Below, in pieces: positions 60,489-64,000 of a stretch of 64,000 bases of DNA. Location: the NCBI GenBank assembly GCA_963681965.1, contig OY820579.1, positions 3,136,001 to 3,200,000 of the forward strand, in the 5' to 3' direction. The notes under the pieces were generated by a model. The model was not told where the DNA came from. It searched no databases and was given only the letters and a program-made list of their open reading frames with translations. The DNA comes from a bacterium (GTDB taxonomy: Bacteria > Electryoneota > JAOADG01). Within the stretch, counting starts at the first letter, position 1, and every line of letters starts with the position of its first letter. A program made the position numbers and the translations under genes.

Positions 60489-62819
60489 ATGAAATCATTG
60501 CGACTGTTTTTTCTCGTAATGGTTGTTGCAATACTCGCAACAACAGTATTCGCTGTTGCACCTATCACCATGCAGGAAGATTTACTGCCACGTTACATGA
60601 CTCATGGTGCAGGCTCTCCAACTGTTCGCGTTCCGTTTGCATATAGGTTGACACTAAATGGCTTGAATTCAGCTGCAACATACAGACTGATCAACATGAT
60701 GGACTCCGCTGGCGGTAGCGCCAATGGCGCTTGCAACGCGTTTGAGGTACCCCCGACTAATTTAACCGGCTGGACGTATTCTTCTAGTCCGGATACCAAC
60801 ACTGTCGGCAAATATATCACTTTTACCGGCGTGTCGAGTCTTTCGAATTGGTTCATTACCGAACCTACTGCCAACCGTCGATTGATTGGTCCGTTGGCAA
60901 ATCAAGCCGCTCGGGCTGCGTTTGTTAAAATTACCATGTCTTCGCAGCAGGTTTGGTCGACTAGTTCCGTGAAATCTCTCGGTATCAACACCACTTACAA
61001 CTCGACTGATACCGCTGGTTCCTTCCTTTACGGTATCCTTCCCGACGCATCGATGGACAAGAACTTTGTATTTGTTTATGACAATGCCGAAGGAACCGGT
61101 CGTCCGATCGGTGGCAGCTTTGTCGAGAGCACTGGATTATCGGGATTGCCGGCAAGCTATCTGCTGAAGTACAAAGACAGCGTTCGCGCTTTCTCCGGTC
61201 GCTTTGGCGTCGTTATTCCGAATTACAATGCCAATGGCGTGAAGCGCATCGAAATTCGCTCGCTGACCGATGGCAGCATCATCCGCACCTACTCTACATC
61301 AAATGCAGTTTGGCCATCCGGCGCCAATACCATTTTCGATGCGACCACCAACATTCCCGTTGGAACCGTTGGTCTGCGTCTTGCCGGTAGCGACTTTGCG
61401 ACCGTGCTTGCCGCGTCCACTCCCGCTGGTGGATGTCCGAATACTGGAACCGTCGATTTCGGAACGATCAATCTGGGTCAGAATTCGGACATCGTGTTCA
61501 CGTTAGCGAACCATGGTGCGAGAAATTCCAATCTAACAGTTGTCAGTTCGAACAATACCGAATTCGCGGTTACGAACAACAACGCTACCAGCATCGGTGG
61601 CTATAACAACACCAAGACCTTTACGATTCACTTCGCCCCGACCAATACTGGCGCGCGAACGTCGACGATTACGATAACTAGCGACGATGTTAGTTCACCG
61701 TACACGATTTCGTTAACCGGTACTGGCGATCAGTATACTTCATTACCAGTTCCGAATCCGGCAGTCAACCCGCAAGATCCGTGGGTACCGACGATTCCGA
61801 CCGACCCAACAATCGGTACGACACCGACCGCACCAGTAATTTTGGACTTTCCGCCTCAGATTGGACCGTTCTCCAATCCGACTACAGTTACTGTCACTCA
61901 AACCACAACTGTACCGCCAGCATTGATTGGTTCCGGATTGGTCGATGCCAATCACGTTATCAATCGCTTCTGGACTATTACACCCGATGCCGAGAATTTC
62001 CAGAATGCGACTTTGACATTCCACTTTACCGCGGCAGATCTTCCGCTCGGTATTGGCGATCCAGTGACGGTCTCTCCGCCACTTTATGCGATCTTCTCGA
62101 ATGACGGTGGTATTACTTGGCATCCGGTCGCCGGCGTTGTTACCGGTCCCGATGGCAATGGTGTCTACAGCATGACGGTCAGTGGTTTGAATCACTTCTC
62201 CAAATGGGCTCTTGGTAGCGGCGCATTATTGCCCGTTACCTTGTCGACCTTCGACGTGATTCCGGTATCGCAGGGTACACGCCTACGTTGGACTACCGAA
62301 ACTGAAATGAATGTGAAGCACTTCATCATCGAGCGCTGGGCACAAGGTTCCGAGAATGTTGTTCAACGGATTCAGACTCCCAGCAAGGCACCGAATGGCA
62401 GCAGCCCGACTCCATTGTCGTATGCTGTGGAAGATAACTTCTTGGCAATCCCGGGAACATTCTATCACTATCGTCTGTCCGAAGAAACGCTGGACGGCGT
62501 TGTCAATGAACTCCGCACCCGCGTTGTGCAATTCCCGACTGCTGCACAAGTACCGACTGGATTCGATTTATTGAAGGCGTATCCAAACCCCTTCAATCCA
62601 TCTACTCGAATTCGCGTACAGCTCAGCGAACCCGGTTTTGCTACCGTATCCGTATTCAATATCAACGGTCAATTGGTTACCGAGTTGTTCAAGGGTAACA
62701 TGACGACCGATGCGAAGAACTTCAATTTCGACGGTTCCAATCTGCCGAGCGGCGTGTATCTGGTTCAGGTTTCCAGTACACAATTATCGATGCAGAAAAA
62801 GATCGTTCTGATGAAGTAA
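60489..62819 (+). CDS. secreted paralog with a different N-terminal domain, one choice-of-anchor D domain and the shared C-terminal module
   Basis: Signal peptide; SD GGAGG; the C-terminal ~360 aa align with 57522..60152. Confidence 0.85.
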   Translation: MKSLRLFFLVMVVAILATTVFAVAPITMQEDLLPRYMTHGAGSPTVRVPFAYRLTLNGLNSAATYRLINMMDSAGGSANGACNAFEVPPTNLTGWTYSSSPDTNTVGKYITFTGVSSLSNWFITEPTANRRLIGPLANQAARAAFVKITMSSQQVWSTSSVKSLGINTTYNSTDTAGSFLYGILPDASMDKNFVFVYDNAEGTGRPIGGSFVESTGLSGLPASYLLKYKDSVRAFSGRFGVVIPNYNANGVKRIEIRSLTDGSIIRTYSTSNAVWPSGANTIFDATTNIPVGTVGLRLAGSDFATVLAASTPAGGCPNTGTVDFGTINLGQNSDIVFTLANHGARNSNLTVVSSNNTEFAVTNNNATSIGGYNNTKTFTIHFAPTNTGARTSTITITSDDVSSPYTISLTGTGDQYTSLPVPNPAVNPQDPWVPTIPTDPTIGTTPTAPVILDFPPQIGPFSNPTTVTVTQTTTVPPALIGSGLVDANHVINRFWTITPDAENFQNATLTFHFTAADLPLGIGDPVTVSPPLYAIFSNDGGITWHPVAGVVTGPDGNGVYSMTVSGLNHFSKWALGSGALLPVTLSTFDVIPVSQGTRLRWTTETEMNVKHFIIERWAQGSENVVQRIQTPSKAPNGSSPTPLSYAVEDNFLAIPGTFYHYRLSEETLDGVVNELRTRVVQFPTAAQVPTGFDLLKAYPNPFNPSTRIRVQLSEPGFATVSVFNINGQLVTELFKGNMTTDAKNFNFDGSNLPSGVYLVQVSSTQLSMQKKIVLMK

Positions 62820-62838
62820 CGACGTCTTGATTCTATTG

Positions 62839-62872
62839 AAAAGGGGCACAGCAATGTGCCCCTTTTTATTTT
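62839..62872 (+). terminator. intrinsic terminator
   Basis: AAAAGGGGCACA-gcaa-TGTGCCCCTTTTT. Confidence 0.85.
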
Positions 62873-62887
62873 AGTCAATCTCATGCG

Positions 62888-63021
62888 TTAGTTGTCATCG
62901 GTAGTAGGGGCTAGCTCCCACGCCCGCCCGCAAGTTTTTGTAGGTTCAAACACTCCTGTCTGTACATGTTCGGCGAAGCCGAACACTGAATTTTGACAAC
63001 TTATTTTTAAGAACCACAATA
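62888..63021 (+). repeat. dispersed MITE/REPIN-like element, copy 4 (degenerate left end, longer centre)
   Basis: GTTGTCATCGGTAGTAGGGGC..GCCCGCCCGCA...TGTTCG-GCGAAGC-CGAACA...TGACAACTTATTTTTAAGAACCAC. Confidence 0.75.
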
Positions 63022-63055
63022 ATTTTTCAAGAGCACCGATATTAACGGGTCTTTG

Positions 63056-64000
63056 TTATCGGGTTTCGGAATCGGCAAATAGCAGCGAGAGATACGATTG
63101 ATACCGGGATGGTGCGATTTTGCCCTGCTCGACTGCCTCGCGAATCGCACACCCCTGATCTTTCCAGTGCCGACAATCGGCAAACTTACATTCGGCAGCA
63201 TAACTCTGGAATTCGGGAAACAGGTCAACGAGATTTTCGGCGACACCATCCAGAATATACGATTTAACTCCAGGCGTATCGATGATTTCAATCGTGTCGG
63301 ATAACCGGTACAGATGCGCGTTGGTGGTCGTATGAACCCCTTTACCACTGGTTTTGGAGATTGGATTGGTTGCCAATTCCAAATCCGGTAGCACACGATT
63401 CAGCAAGGACGATTTACCTACTCCCGAGGCACCGATGATCAGCGTTCGACCTGCTGGAAATAAACCGGTCAATTCGGTAATCGACATATTCTGAACGCTA
63501 ATTCCCAAAACTTTGTAGCCGATCGCATGGTAAATCGTGTAGAATTCCGTTTGCATAAAATCGGTTTGTGGAGGCAGCAGATCAATTTTATTCCACAAGA
63601 TTGTGATATCGACCCCTTGACAGCACTGCGAAGCTCCGACCAGCCGATCGATTAATCCCAATGGCGTCATTCGTTCTTCAACGGCACCAAGTACGATCAC
63701 ATGATCGAGATTGGCGGAAATTCCTTGCGGTTGATGAAGCATTGCCGGATTGCCGCGGAAAAAGGCATTCTTTCGTGCCGATACTTCAACAATGTTGGCT
63801 TCGCCTTTGACGATGTCGACTGGCAATGTGTCGTCGATCGTGTCGATCGCTATCACAACATTGTCACCAACCAGTACACCGCCTTTTGTCGCGTGATGAA
63901 ATCGAAGTTTCTTTGGACTACTGCAAGTAAATAGACCCAGTTCCGTCTCTACTACGATGCGATCGCCGGCGCGGTGAGTAACTAGTCCCTTAATTTCGTA
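63056..64000 (-). CDS. rsgA: ribosome small subunit-dependent GTPase A (5'-partial)
   Basis: Circularly permuted GTPase (NKIDL, GASGVGKSS, GVHTTT, DTPG) with Zn finger CKFADCRH...GC; the frame is open to the window edge (..LVGDNV, OB fold). Confidence 0.95.
   Translation of the reverse strand, partial: YEIKGLVTHRAGDRIVVETELGLFTCSSPKKLRFHHATKGGVLVGDNVVIAIDTIDDTLPVDIVKGEANIVEVSARKNAFFRGNPAMLHQPQGISANLDHVIVLGAVEERMTPLGLIDRLVGASQCCQGVDITILWNKIDLLPPQTDFMQTEFYTIYHAIGYKVLGISVQNMSITELTGLFPAGRTLIIGASGVGKSSLLNRVLPDLELATNPISKTSGKGVHTTTNAHLYRLSDTIEIIDTPGVKSYILDGVAENLVDLFPEFQSYAAECKFADCRHWKDQGCAIREAVEQGKIAPSRYQSYLSLLFADSETR

Noticed and set aside
14392-63021. CRISPR array interpretation of the repeats
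   Set aside because: The copies are dispersed kilobases apart, with no repeat-spacer periodicity and no cas genes.

Overview
A mostly housekeeping 64-kb bacterial chromosome segment, with no integrase, transposase, phage or CRISPR genes. It probably comes from an FCB-group lineage outside classical Bacteroidetes (inference): five secreted proteins carry T9SS-type C-terminal sorting domains, yet genes use GGAG(G) Shine-Dalgarno sites and at least two promoters are sigma70-like. The left half holds tRNA-Leu(CAA), a 1710-aa secreted protein with 12 tandem beta-repeats, TetR plus an ICMT-family methyltransferase, a PstS-like/TPR/exbB/exbD/exbD/tonB cluster, an 11-gene complex I-like nuo operon lacking nuoEFG, tpiA and nadE-rsmI-lgt-tmk. 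The right half holds ctpA-TSUP-S8 protease-lipoprotein, manC-small ORF-crp, HIT, a divergent EF-G paralog, a lipoprotein/beta-barrel/START cluster, two DinB genes, a folE-like gene, ftsH, tilS, a PP2C phosphatase, two tandem secreted paralogs and a partial rsgA. The most notable unannotated signals are: (1) four copies of a ~120-150 bp intergenic element combining TATA-ended terminal inverted repeats, a GTAG-REP hairpin and (in three copies) a covarying GCGAAGC hairpin; (2) a candidate HF|S autoproteolysis motif just before the sorting module of both tandem secreted paralogs; (3) apparent HIP1-like enrichment of ATCGAT/CGATCG; (4) a perfect CRP box upstream of the nuo operon, with a RETVSR-type CRP encoded in the window. 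All family calls come from motif recognition by eye; no database searches were run.
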